Source of the DNA: Octopus vulgaris
Taxonomy: Eukaryota
Length of the DNA: 64,000 bases
Assembly (NCBI GenBank): GCA_951406725.2
Contig: OX597819.1
Span: 77,748,001 to 77,812,000 of the forward strand
Reading direction: 5' to 3'
The position numbers were made by a program, and so were the translations under genes. Shown here piece by piece: positions 28,790 to 44,263 of this stretch (position 1 is its first letter; every line of letters starts with the position of its first letter). The notes beneath the pieces were generated by a model, which saw nothing but the letters and a program-made list of their open reading frames with translations, was not told the DNA's origin and ran no database searches.

Positions 28790-29229
28790 ATACACACATT
28801 CACATTCACGTATACCACTCTTTTATCATGCATTAATTTCGAAGGAATAAACTTTCTATTATAAATAAAATGCGAATAAACTGTATTTATTCGCATTTGT
28901 TTGCCCTGAAGTGCGCAGGTGTATGTATGTATGTATGTATGTATGTATGTATGTATACATATATTTATATACGTGTAGGTACGTGAGTATATTTGGGTAT
29001 GTGTGTGTGTATATCTATATATAATAAAAAGAAAGCTCAGAGAACTTCAATTGTCAAATTTCTGGGAACTCAAAGTGAGGAATATTGATTACTCAATCTC
29101 GTTAGCTGCAATTTATGTATTATGGAAGCAGCTATAATTTTCAGGTGAAGGTCAGGGCAAATTAATAAGCGCAACAAATTGATCTGTTGTTCCCATCAGC
29201 TCAATAAAACTATGTATATATATATATAT

Positions 29230-29380
29230 TTTTTCTCTCCTTGTTTCTTTCCGTATTCCTTTCTGTGGAAGAGCATAGGCTCGAAACGTTAAAGACTTTT
29301 TCACTTCCCGAGCCTTATACTAATACCTCTGTTTATTGTCTACACTACCTGTCTTTGTCTTTTGTTTTTTTGTGAATTCT

Positions 29381-29385
<5 letters not shown>
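29230..29385 (+). mobile_element. PLE 3'-end-like repeat with a variant hammerhead at 29259-29294
   Basis: cttt-CTGTGGA-a-gagc-atag-gctc-GAAAC-GTT-aaag. Confidence 0.65.
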
Positions 29386-29435
<50 letters not shown>

Positions 29436-29904
29436 CATACACACACACACACATATATATATGCATCTGCACATGTGCACACATAATTTAAAACGTATAT
29501 ATTATTATGGCATTCTGCCAAACTGTGTCACACCGTGTCACATCGTATCATGTCTTATCAGAACATGTCAAGAGATGCCAAGTGTGCGATTAATAAAATA
29601 TTAAAAGAGATATAAAAGGATTATAAAGCAAAGAAGAAAGAAAGGAAAAGAAAGAACCACTGAAAGACAAAGTAACGAAGTTCTGTAACGGTATTACATT
29701 TCCAAAGTATATAAAGAAAACTTTGAAAGTAATAAGTTTAACCTTTCGCCTGTCCAAAGTATAAGTTTGTTCTAAATTTCTATGCTTGTTTTCAAACTTT
29801 TCAGCTAGTACTTATTTGGTACGTTCTGAGTAATATAAAGCTTTCCTTCATAAGTCCCAAAAATGATGGTCGAAAAAATTGGGATTGCGTGTCATGTATG
29901 GGGC

Positions 29905-30072
29905 ATAGATACCAGAGAACCATGGAAAGGTCGATGTTGGAAAACTTGCTAAGAGATCATATCTGGAACAAGGAGATCATTGATAGAACTGGATAGTCGT
30001 CGCAGAATACCATCACGCTAAGCTACGATGGGCCGGTCATGATGCAAGTTTCACAGACAATCGGCGGACTGA
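29905..30072 (+). pseudogene. RTE-clade LINE fragment
   Basis: QRTMERSML, LRDHIWNKEIIDRTG and KLRWAGHDASFTDNRRT segments fit the RTE post-RT region. Confidence 0.7.
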
Positions 30073-30252
30073 GAGGTGAAGGTAGCGGAGATAAATAGCA
30101 AAGAGAGCATCGTATGGATGAGAAAGGAAGGGGTGATACATGAATAACGAAGGTAGGAGTGAAAAAGCGGATAAACGGCGTTTGAAGTGTGTATGTGTGT
30201 GCGTGTACAAGAGAACTATGTAAAACTTTACATATATATGTAAGGTAAAGAA

Positions 30253-30430
30253 AATAATCCAGAATCATTGTCCGGTACCGGATCGATCCCAAAATCTAAT
30301 CAGTTCGTGCCAGTTACGAGGCACGAAAGTTTCATCCGAAACCATCCGGCGGTTCTTGAGAGATTTTGTCGACGGACAAACAAACAAACAATCAAACAAA
30401 CAAACACGACTGAAAACAATACTTCCGGAG
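30253..30430 (+). mobile_element. Probable Helentron-associated (HINE-like) fragment
   Basis: caaaatctaatcagttc...tttcatccgaaaccatcc...(acaa)n...gaaaacaatacttcc layout recalled from such elements; not verified. Confidence 0.4.
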
Positions 30431-30534
30431 AGTTTTTGACGTTTCGAGCATAGATCTCTGTCGGAAAGAAGAAAGGGAAAAATTCAAAGAAAGAAAAGAA
30501 ATCACCAACAGCACGTATGTAGTTACATTACGGA

Positions 30535-30690
30535 CTTGCGCACCGTTTCCGTCAACCAAATTCACTAACAAGGCATTGGTCGGCCTGTGATATTGCAAAA
30601 GATATTTGTCCAAGATGCTTCATAGTGGGACTGAAGTAGAAATCTCGTAGTTGCAAAGTGAGCTTGTTAACCTCACCGCCATGCTTGCGA
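30535..30690 (-). mobile_element. SINE family A, diverged 5' part
   Basis: gtttccgtcaaccaaattcact...agtgggactgaa. Confidence 0.7.
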
Positions 30691-30751
30691 CAATGGATGT
30701 AATATATTTCTGACAAAAATCTAACAATCATTCTCCTATTCACGAAGTATT

Positions 30752-30832
<81 letters not shown>

Positions 30833-31589
30833 GCTTTACCACAACAACCAATAAACAATCAATAATACATATAATAGAGAATGCACTAAATCAGGAATAT
30901 TTCTATATAATTATTCTTCGGAAAAAGGAAACAAAAGCAAATGCACACCGATCAAAGAAAGCAATATACAATACTTTAGCTAATAACGAATATATTTGCA
31001 AGATTGGAAATCGCCATCGTCTTATAACTAATGTTCATTAATCATTAAATTTCGCTGACACCAGTCTATGTTTACCATTTATTCTATCACAAATTGTTCT
31101 AAAGAGCGCTGACAGTCTGTTTTTGAAGAATCAAATTTGTATCCGTTCGATAATGTCGGAAAGTTTTCATCTAAATTTTCACCATTATTTTTTAATTTTT
31201 TTCGGAAAATACTTGTAAAGTTCTATTCATGATCTCGGCTTTTCCCTCAGCATTCATCACTTTAACTTTGGATTATTTATCCTTTGTAAACTAGAAACCT
31301 CTTATCGTGAGAGTTTGGTGGGAAGCTTTTTTCCTGCTATGTCATTTTTCGATAAAACATCATCATCTGCAGAGACAGGTATTTCCGCTGTTTTATATTA
31401 ATCATAATTTGCCGTTTCCATTCTTTATACTTTTTGATCGAGACAAATAATATACTTCTCAACTTTTCAACTTTTTTACATTGTGTAACTATACTGGTTA
31501 GCGTATTATATGATACTTTCTAAATATTAATTCATAGAGTGTTCTGCACTGTCCATTTTTTGCATATAAAGTAAACGAAGAAAAAATAA

Positions 31590-31805
31590 GCCTCTCTACT
31601 ATGGGCACAAGGCCTGAAATTTTTGGGAAGGGGGCGCGTTGATTACATCGTCCCAAATTCTCAATTGGTATCTATTTCATAGACCCCCGAAAGGATGAAA
31701 GGCAAAGTCGACATCAGTGGCATTTGAATTCAGAACATAAAGGCGAACGAAATACTGCTATGCATTTGTCCGGCATGCTAACGATTCTTCAAACTCGCTG
31801 CCTTC
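31590..31805 (-). mobile_element. SINE family B monomer
   Basis: gacccccgaaaggatgaaaggcaaagtcgac...ctcgctgcctt. Confidence 0.8.
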
Positions 31806-32358
31806 AAGGAAGAATAAATAATTAATGCTTTCTAACTTTGACACAAAAACCACCGTGTACTATTTGGATTTACGCTTTAGCCCGTCCTCTATTTTAAGGA
31901 TGATGCATATAACACCATATGCTGTTTCTCGCAGTTAAGATTATTTCACTTGGCTATCTCCAACTCTTTCGTAGATGGAACTAGATAGCATTCTGCGTTC
32001 TTAGCAAAGCATGTATGCATTGATTTTTCTTTCAGCCGCTCTCTATGGTAGATTGTGGAAGGTCGACATCTGTCCAATGAACAAAACGTTACCAGTTTTC
32101 GATCTTTCAACTAAATGCACCATTTGGGTACTGGGATCGATGTAATCGTCTATCCCCCTCCTTCCCCACCTCTTCAAAAATTTCAGGCCTTGTGCCTATA
32201 GTAGAAAGTATTATCTTATCTCTTTATATTCCTTTCGTTTTTCCCCATCATGCAAAGGAGATTAATATGTACAAATAATTATAAAATTATATTATATTTG
32301 AATTTTGCTTGGAACAGACATAGTTTTTTTTTTACATCCAACCATACATCTAGCACGT

Positions 32359-32589
32359 AGCAAATTGGAGGCTAGTTTCATACTTTTCCATTCAACCCTC
32401 CGAGATAGATAAGATAGAGTACCAGGGCAATTCTGGGACCAATGGTATCAACTAACCTCTTCTTTTCCAAATTAAGCAAATTGGAGGCTAGTTTCATACT
32501 TTTCCTTTCAACCCTCCGAGGTAGATAAGATAGAGTACCAGAGCAGTTCTGGGGCCAATGGTATCAACTAACCTCTTCTTTTCCAAATT
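32359..32589. repeat. Tandem duplication with a 116-bp period
   Basis: agcaaattggaggctag...cttttccaaatt starts at 32359 and again at 32475. Confidence 0.9.
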
Positions 32590-33307
32590 TCTAGTCTTAT
32601 ACCTAAATCAGAATCAAAATTTTTATAATAACATTCTGTCCACTGCGTATATCCTATATTCTAACCCCAATTCCTTCTCAGTGATTCTACGTGTTAGAAT
32701 CTAGTTCGATATTTGAAGAACGGTAAAATAAAATTAATTCATCATTCAACCTCCTCAGGAAAGGGAAAACCAACACTACGCATAAGAATTTGTTCTACAA
32801 GATACAACAACCAGTATACAAGAATGTACTCATAATTGAAACGCAAGCATGCAATTACTGTTCAGTTTCTACCTTAGCCATTCAATAAATCGCATTTAAA
32901 ACTGCCGAGCTGCTTTCGACACGATAAGTAAACAACAAATAGTTTTCCTTAAAATGGCATAAATGAATCAGTCAATATGCCGTCTGTTTCAGCGACCTCA
33001 CAATATAATCGAATCGAAATCAAAATACTGCATACTGGTATGGAGACTCTAATATGACAAGAAAACCACGTTAAAGAGACACGCTTTAACGGTAATTAAT
33101 AATGAAGCGACATCAAGGAGACATGAATCTGATTCGCACCAGGTGCTCGCATTTTTGTGCAACGGTTTATATAAATAAGTATACAAGCTACATATTCCTT
33201 ATGTGATCTTTTATTTAAGCCTCTCTCTTGTCTTCACTCATTCTTTTAATGTTTATTAGTTGTCGATCCGTTTTCCTTTCTGTCTTTTTTTCTCATTCCT
33301 TCTTTTC

Positions 33308-33342
<35 letters not shown>

Positions 33343-34322
33343 TTTCAACATAGATTTGTTGCGTTTACACCAGCATTTCCTAAACATGTCTTGCAGTCTA
33401 GTACCAGTTTCTAGGACACCCGCTTTTCTTAGAAAATACTTACAATAACCGTCCTGTTAAATATTAAAATATTAAAAACCCAGATATACGAAACTGATGA
33501 AACAAACAGAACTGAAGCGATAAATGGATAGCCAACATCCTGAGTACGAAACCAATGGATTTTGGGGTTATTCGTAAATAACACTACGATCTAAAAAAGA
33601 GAAGAAAAGAAAAAAAAAATGAAAAGAAAAAGAAATAAAGAAAGAGACACCCAAAATTTAGTTTTGATCTTTTATGATGTATCGAAATTGGTAATCGAAA
33701 CATTCTATCTAGATAACAGTGGAAATAAGTTAATGCACCTTGCATTGAAAATTATAACACTCCGAAAAAATTGATGATAAGGCGTAAAATACAGATGGAC
33801 CTCGCTTATCTTGAATACAGAACGACAAACTTGTATTACAAATGGACGAAAGTAAACATTTCCAATGATTCTAATTTGACGTGTGTTGTGAGATATGTTG
33901 TCAAAAATTCAATTCAAGGAGATTTTGTTTTGTGAATCTCATTCAAGAAGAACAAACATAGGAGTTGATTTTATCATTAGTAAACAAATACTAAACTGGG
34001 AAAAACTAGTCGAACTGAGTGGCAAACGATTGCTAGTAATGCGAAGTTTTCCACAATGGATTTCCTCAGAGAATCCGAGTTGTATCGCCAAGCTGTGAGT
34101 GGGACCATTGTATGCGTCACAAATGAGCTTTATCTGTATGCCCTAAATTTTGAACTCTGCTTTAACTTTATGAAGTTTAACTTCATTGTGGGAACTTTAT
34201 GAATTATAGAAAACCCTATCTATTGAATAGCAGAAAGTCTATTCAGTTGCACAAAGAATGGACAATTTTTTACATTGTGAATCATGATGGGTTTCAAACG
34301 TTATGAAATGGCTTTGGATCCA

Positions 34323-34520
34323 TAAGGCGACGAGCTGGCATAATCGTTAGCATATCAGGCAAAATAGCGGCATTTTGTTCAAACTCGGCGAGATCGACTT
34401 TAGCTTCTATCCTTTCGGAGTCAATGAATTAGGTACCAGTTGAGTACTGAGGTCGATGTTATCGACTAGACTCCTCCCGCAAAATTTCAGACCTTGAGCA
34501 TCTAATAGAAAAGATTATTT
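34323..34520 (+). mobile_element. SINE family B monomer
   Basis: aaggcgacgagctggcataatcgttagc...gtaccagttgagtactgaggtcgatg. Confidence 0.8.
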
Positions 34521-35499
34521 TTAAAAATGTATTATTGATTATAGATCATCAACCTTCATTGATCAAAGATGTAATATTCGATTTCTAAGGGAGCTCAGGT
34601 GGCTTATTTCAACGACATATTTTGTCTTAACGAAGTAGTTTTAATTTGAAAATCACAAATATAAAATATTTTAAGAGCTCATGAGAAACTGTGAGTAACC
34701 ACTAAAGAATTGACTCTTTAGAAAATAAAGCGTCCTTAAAGATTTGAATGATTGTCTAAAGTTTTAGAAAATCATTCTCAGTTTATAAGTTGATATGTAA
34801 GTTTTGCATCAATTCAAAAAGACCTCTTAAGAGGGGGATGATAAAAAATTTATTAACAAGGTAAATAAATATTTTACCTCATTCCATGTCAACAAAATGA
34901 AACTCATTTTGAGTAAAACAGAGAAGTTGAGAAATGTTACAGCTAAATAAACTAGAAGTGGATTCCTAAATCGAATTTCATGTAACTGTTTTATAAGAAA
35001 AAATAACCCCACAAAATTGAAATCGTCTTCCCTAATTTTTGGTTATGTTGTCAAGAGTGTCGATATTTATATAAAAAAGCAGTTTGAGTTTTAATTTTTT
35101 AAATTAAAACTGGATACTTTATTAAATGTCTCTTTAAAAAATAAGTATACGGAGAGCTAGGATACTGAGCAGAAATGGAGATCAGTTTGACTTTTCGTTC
35201 CTAATGTACAATAGTTATGTAATAGTAAGTTACAGCACCTTCCTTCACATTATAACATGTGAAATTTAAACCTTCCAAATGTTTTACACTCTTCATTCTC
35301 TTAATTTCTTTTTACGCTTAGTTTTTCTTTTAATACTAATTTGCACCTTTGTTCAATAAACCTTAGAAATGAATTGTTTTTATTTTTCTATTTTTAATGC
35401 ATTGGAAAAAAAAATTCATAGTCACCATCAGAAGGCTAAATATAAATGAACAAGTAAACATAATATCTATATTTTTATTCTTTTTCAAGGCAACGAGTG

Positions 35500-36066
35500 A
35501 ATGTGTCTGTGAATGTGTATTTGTTTGTCCCCCCAACATCGCTTGACAGCCGATGTTGGTGTGTTTATGTCCCCGTAACCTAATGCTTCGGCAAAAGAGA
35601 GTGATAGAATAAGTGCCAGGCTCACAAAGAATAAATCCTGGGGTCGATTTATTCGACTAAAACCCTTTAAGGCGGTTTTCCAGCATGACCACAGTCAAAA
35701 GCCAAACTTGGTCTGGAGGAAGTGTAGAGTCGGGAAGAGAGAGAAAAAAATCATTCTATCAGTTTCTTTTGCCGAAGCATTAGGTTACGGTGACATAAAC
35801 ACACCAGCATCGGCTGTCAAGCGATGTCGGGGGGACAAACAAATACACATTCACGTAAATACGCACACACACACACACGTACACATACAAATATATATAT
35901 ACATATACGACGGGCTTCTTTGAGTTTCCTTCAACCAAATCACAAGGCTTTGGTCGACCCGAGGATACAATAAAAGACACTTGCTCAAAGTGCCACGTAG
36001 TGGGACTGAACCCAGGACCATGTAATTGGGAAGCAAACTTATTACCACACAGCCGCGACTGCACCT
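35500..36066. mobile_element. Two SINE family A copies in opposite orientation (35500-35705 +, 35755-36066 -)
   Basis: Family motifs on both strands. Confidence 0.85.
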
Positions 36067-36068
36067 AA

Positions 36069-36136
<68 letters not shown>

Positions 36137-36228
36137 GCAGCAAATGATATTAACATAATAAATACAATCACACTTCATATCATGTATTGAGTACTTTTCT
36201 CATTCCTTATAAACAATGTATATACCTA

Positions 36229-36917
<689 letters not shown>

Positions 36918-37404
36918 ACACACACGTACACACACACTCACACACACACTCACATACACATTATGAATATTTAAAAATTCTATTGGTGGGACGCAGATGT
37001 TAATATATGACACCCTTATAGATGCTTTTGGCAATAAATCAGATTGTTGGCTGCTGATGTTATTGGTAAGTCCAGTAGGAGAGACAGTGGTGAATTTTGT
37101 GACTGATACACATGCAGAAACTTGTTCTCTTCCACAAACGCATTATTAGTGTGTTTTTTTTAATAAATGCACATCAAATTACAAAGCTCAACGTTATAAT
37201 AGCGGGGTATAATAAAAAAAATGTCTTATTCAATTTTTCGCAGTAAATCTGTATGTGTAATTCCATATATGAATGACGTTTTTGAACAAGCACACACGCG
37301 CACACGCACACACAAACACACACACACATGTATATCTGTATTTATATATGTATATATATATACATATATATGTATATGTGTGTGTGTGCATGTGTTTGTG
37401 TATG

Positions 37405-38224
<820 letters not shown>

Positions 38225-38944
38225 ATATTTATATAAATTCTGCAAGACTCTTTTACTCTTTCTTTTAGCCCCCCTCACGCTTTCTTCGTTCTTTCTACTT
38301 CTCTTTTTCTCGTTCCCCCTCTCTCACTTGGCCTTCCCTTCAGTCTCATCACTTTCCCTCCTCCTTTACTTCACTTTGTCCCTTTCCTTTCTTTTTCCCT
38401 CTTTATCGTCCCTCCCTAATTTTTCAATCCATTTGCCCCTACTTCTTTCCTCTCCTTCCATGTGACCGGTGTTCCGCCAAGCATGACCTTACTTTCTTGG
38501 TTTAACTATCATCCGTGTGGCATCTCTTATATTTCTTCCCATGACTTTCATCTCTTATGTTCCTGCTGTAAGGCTTCACTTCCACACATGCCAGCTTAAT
38601 TTAATTCGTCCTTAGTCGAAATATACCTGTTGTCCATATCCTGTTGTTTGTATTTGTAATTGTGTACCATTTCTCCGTATTTTTCCTCCCTTTTTTCGTA
38701 TATATTCGCTTGCTTTTTTCCAAAGAATCTAGTACTCTTAGCTTAGACTTTCTTGGGGCCAGCCAGGCTGGAGCAGTCTCGAGTGTAATTGGCCGAAACT
38801 GCAACGATGATCTGGAACTCGACTGACGATTGAAAGCTCCGAATGACCTGTCCTTGTTTTTTTCCTGTCCTTTTTTGAATCGTCTAGCAGTCTGGATGTT
38901 TTGTTGCTTGTTACGTTCCATTTTTTGTTTTGTTTATACATATA

Positions 38945-39793
<849 letters not shown>

Positions 39794-39804
39794 GACAGGA
39801 TTTT

Positions 39805-40083
39805 TTGTGGAAACGCTAAGTTACGGGGACGTAAACACACTAACATAGGTTGCCAAGCGATGGTAGGGTACAAACACAGACACAAAGACCCACACAAAAT
39901 TATATAGATATATATACATATACGATAGGCTTCTTTCACTTTCCGTCTACCAAATCCACTCACAAGGCTTTATTCGGCCCGAGGCTACAGTAGAAGACAC
40001 TTGCCCAAGGTGCCACGTGATGGAACTGAACCCGTAACCATGTTGTTGGGAAGCAAGCTTCTTACCACACAGTCACGCCTGCA

Positions 40084-40086
<3 letters not shown>
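39805..40086 (-). mobile_element. SINE family A
   Basis: gaagacacttgcccaaggtgccac...cttaccacacagtcacgcctgcacc. Confidence 0.85.
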
Positions 40087-40124
<38 letters not shown>

Positions 40125-40159
40125 CAAGCCTATTCGCCATGCTTGACCGCTTAATCTAC

Positions 40160-40330
40160 AAGTTTTTTTCATTCTCTCTCTGTTTATTTTTTTCTTATTC
40201 CTTTCTGTTAAAGAACGTAGGCTCGAAACATAAAAGACTTTTTCATTTTCCCAAGCGTGAAACTAATACACTTGTTTGTTGTTCACACACCTGTCTTCGT
40301 CTTTTGTCTTTCTATAAATTTCAACTACGC
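40160..40330 (+). mobile_element. PLE 3'-end-like repeat with a degenerate hammerhead at 40201-40236
   Basis: cttt-ctgttaa-a-gaac-gtag-gctc-GAAAC-ata-aaag; same family as 14460 and 29230. Confidence 0.6.
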
Positions 40331-40341
40331 ACACACACACG

Positions 40342-40431
<90 letters not shown>

Positions 40432-40555
40432 TAAGCACTTAGATGAAAAGCAAGATGGAAAAAATATTATTCGAATATCAGAGGAGTAGTAGTATATAGC
40501 TAGCGTTGTTGTTTAATCTTGGCCTAACTCTGATCAAGTAGGAGTATTTCATTAA

Positions 40556-40595
40556 GCTGTCTGATGAACGTTCATGTGAAACTCTGTGTAACAGG
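40556..40595 (+). ncRNA. Solitary type I hammerhead motif
   Basis: ctgt-CTGATGA-acg-ttca-tgt-GAAAC-tctgt-GTA-acag. Confidence 0.6.
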
Positions 40596-40641
40596 CTGTG
40601 AAGATTTTTTCAGATTTAATAAAATATCATATGCATATATA

Positions 40642-41978
40642 CTGGATCATCCCATAAATAATGCAGTTTTTTTCAACTTTGAAAAAAGTAACTGTTAAAA
40701 TCGAACAGCACCCTTCAAAACTGCAATAAGAATAAGTACAAGGTAAAATTTTTACCTGCTTTTATAGCAAGTTGATGCAAGTAGCTTATCCCGTCAACCT
40801 CCGCAGTTTTTTTCAATTGCGGAGGGTGACAGGATAAGCTACTTGCATCAACTTGCTATAAAAGCAGGTAATAATTTTACCTTGTACTTATTCTTATTGC
40901 AGTTTTGAAGGGTGCTGTTCGATTTTAACAGTTACTTTTTTCAAGTGACAGAGGAGCATATTCGGTATCTTTTGTTTTATGAGTTCAATAAAGGTAACAA
41001 CGCAACGGAAAGTGCGAGGTATATTAATGTAGTATGTAGGGATCGGACAATAAGCGTAAGCCAGTGTCAACGATTGTTCCAGAAATTCCAAGCCAGAAAC
41101 TACAAGTCTCCTCCTGGAAGATCTGTAGAGCTCGACGAGAATGTCCTGCAAACCCTAGTGGAGTAAAATCCCATTGTAACTTTTCAGGGACTAGCAGAAA
41201 AGCTTGGATTTGGTCATTCAACTATTTATCGACACCTGCGTGCCATCGGAAAAGTCAGCAACTTTCAGAGTCTAATCGCGCGCAGAGAGTGAATGTGTGC
41301 TTTTCTTTGCTGTCACGTTTCACGAATGAACCTTTTTTTTTTTTGACCGAATAGGGACTGGTGGCGAGAAATAGGCTTTCTATAGACATGTAAAGCGCCG
41401 AAGACAGTGGGGAGAGAAAGGAGAAACACCGGCATCCCAGGCTAAAGAAGGTCTTCAACCACGTAAGGCGTTGTTATCTAATTGGTGAGATATGAAGGGT
41501 TTAGTTCATTTTAAACTTTTAAACCCAAACCAAACGATGACAAAGATCTACTGCGAGCAGCTTGAGCGGCATAAATCAGCGCTAGAAGAAAAACGACCAT
41601 CTTTGGTTTCTTCCACCAGGATAATGGTCGGTCACATACAGCGAGGATGATATTCCAAAGACCGGAGCAGTTTGAATGGGAGACGATGCTCCAACCACCA
41701 TATTCGCCGAACATTGTGCCATCTGATTATTATTTATTCCACAGTCAGTTGGACGGAAAAAATATGAATTCTGTAAACGAGGTCAGAGCAGTACTGGAGG
41801 AGTATTTTTCATCACGGACAAGTGAATTTTGGATGAGGGGCCTTGCAAGTCTACCAGATAGAAGGAAGAGCATTGTAGAGAATGAAAGAGAGTATTCTTT
41901 AGATTTAAAAAGAAGATTCTTTTTCTTAATTTTGAATAATAAAAGTATAAAAAAACGCATTATTTATAGGATGACCCA

Positions 41979-41979
<1 letters not shown>
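40642..41979 (+). mobile_element. Mariner transposon, near full length, transposase pseudogenised
   Basis: TIRs ctggatcatcccataaataatgc and gcattatttataggatgacccaa with TA TSD. Translation gives [21 protein letters not shown] and [15 protein letters not shown], with stops and frameshifts. Confidence 0.95.
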
Positions 41980-42013
<34 letters not shown>

Positions 42014-42093
42014 TGTATGTATGTATGTATGTATGTATGTATGTATGTACACATATACATATATATGTATATATGTATGTATGTTTGCATATA

Positions 42094-42180
<87 letters not shown>

Positions 42181-42345
42181 TTGTTGTGCAATATTTTTTA
42201 TGTGAAGTCGTGTGTTGAAACAGATATTGTTATATTTCGGAATGGTCATATTGCCAGTTTAGCCAATAAAAACACACGCACTATATATTTGGTGTTATTT
42301 TGCTTCAGTGTTATTTATTTTTTATATTAATCTTAATCTTATTTC

Positions 42346-42390
42346 GGCCAGAGTTCTTTCGTCACACTCCTGTGACCGCATCAGTGGTCC
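42346..42390 (-). ncRNA. Hammerhead motif in the 3' pseudo-LTR (core variant CTGATGC)
   Basis: Same fold as 39142-39186 with an A9-to-C change. Confidence 0.7.
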
Positions 42391-42717
42391 TTTGTTTTCT
42401 CCTTTCTTATTTGTGTCTCTCTTTACTAACCGTCAGCCATTTTGTATTTCTATTGTATGTCTTCATTTGCGCATGCTTATATCTCTATGTGCGTCTATGT
42501 TTATTCATTGTGTGTATGTGGGGGGATGCCTGTAATATTTGTATCTTCTGTTTATATATGTTCATGTAATGTGTATTTTGTTTTTTGTTTTTGTTGTTTT
42601 TGTTTATTCTTATTTTGTTCATGTGTTTACATCCACTTATTATTATCATTACATATGCTTGTAAGTTTGTATGTATGTATAACAACAATACTAGTAATAA
42701 TAATAATAAATCGAATC

Positions 42718-42768
<51 letters not shown>

Positions 42769-42830
42769 GTTATTTATTTCTATTAGTTTATTTATATGTG
42801 TATTTATTATGTTTTCAGGATCCTCTATCG

Positions 42831-44078
42831 TCATATGTTGTGGTGTGTGTTAGTGCTCCATTCTAGTTTTCTATTCAGGCTAGGTTTATTTTCTATTATG
42901 TGTGTAGCTTCTGTAATTTGTCTAATTGTTGCATCTGATCTATGTGTGGATAATATTTTAATTTCTATGTTATTAATTGATCCCCCGTGTTCCTGTTCGG
43001 CGTGTTGGTACAGAATCGATGAGCTTTTACCTTCCTTGAGTTGTCTCCAATGCCCATTTACCCGCTCTCCTATGCTTCTTGCAGTTTCCCCTACGTATGT
43101 CGTTGTCTTGTTACTGCATCGTCCCTCTATACATCTTATACTATAGACTACATTTCTGGCTTTACAGTTTGTTTGTGGGCTAAATCTACATACAGTACAG
43201 TACTTATCCGTACAGGGGGTTCTACTAAAAGGATAGGTTCTACCAATTATAGATTTGATAGGGTTGCCTGGCTTTTCAACAACCTTAATTCTTAGCTTAA
43301 GTTAGTCTAGGGTCCTTCTAAAGCGGTACGCCAGTTCACCTCCAGGGGTGGTGTCAACGAACATGACACTCCTGGTATTTATGGCTATCATACCAAGAGT
43401 TGGCCTTCCCTATTTTCCTTTTTGTCCTTTCTATAGTGTTCCATGACTTGTTCCTACAGAGTGGGCAAATCCCATTCCTATCATTACATAATATATTATC
43501 AAATTTCTTCATGGCTCTTTTGTATACTCTGATCCTTTCTTTATGGCTGTAACCTGAGAACTGCATGCGGTGAATGAAATATTGTATGTGTCTCTTTAAC
43601 TCTGTGGGCTCGCACATGCGTGACACATTTCTCATTATTCTGACGAGGTCTGCCATCAAAATATTGAATTTGGCATTGTCCGCAATGACTGAGTTCCGGT
43701 GGATCAAGTATTTTGAGGCCATAGGTTTGGCATAGTATGAATGAAGGATTTGGGTTTTATTATTCACAATTTCTAGCCAGAGTTCAGTGTCTAGTACTGG
43801 TAGTCTATGGTTGGGGTGTTTAGTGGGGTTGTCTATTGTGACCTTAATACTCTGGTGGATGGAGTTAGCTATTTGCTGGATACTCTCCATAGTATTAGTT
43901 TCTATTACTATATCAACATTACTCTCTTGTGGTGCCTTTACCACTATGTTGATATCATCAACATAGCGAGAGTACATGTTTACGAGTATGGAGTTCTGTG
44001 TTTGGCGTTCTTTAAGCCTTCTGTCCCACCATACCATGAAAAGGTTGGCCACATCACCAGCGATACTAACGCCGATGG
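42831..44078 (-). pseudogene. PLE reverse transcriptase (partial) plus GIY-YIG endonuclease
   Basis: RT reads AIGVSIAGDVANLFM...YSRYVDDI...LPVLD. After a frameshift near 43375 and one TAA it reads CTDKYCTVC...CKARNVVYSIRC...YVGETARSIGERVNGH...RQITEA...PSLN. Confidence 0.92.
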
Positions 44079-44188
44079 CTGAATAGAAAACTAGAATGGA
44101 GCACTAACACACACCACAGCATATGACGATAGAGGATCCTGAAAACATAATAAATACACAGATAACTAAACTAATAGAAATAAATAAC

Positions 44189-44263
<75 letters not shown>

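Noticed and set aside
38745-38855. Possible double hammerhead (ggcca...tggcc-GAAAC-tgca; CTGACGA-tt-GAAA-gc-tc)
   Set aside because: The first lacks a recognisable core; the second lacks helix II and a paired helix I. Too degenerate to call.
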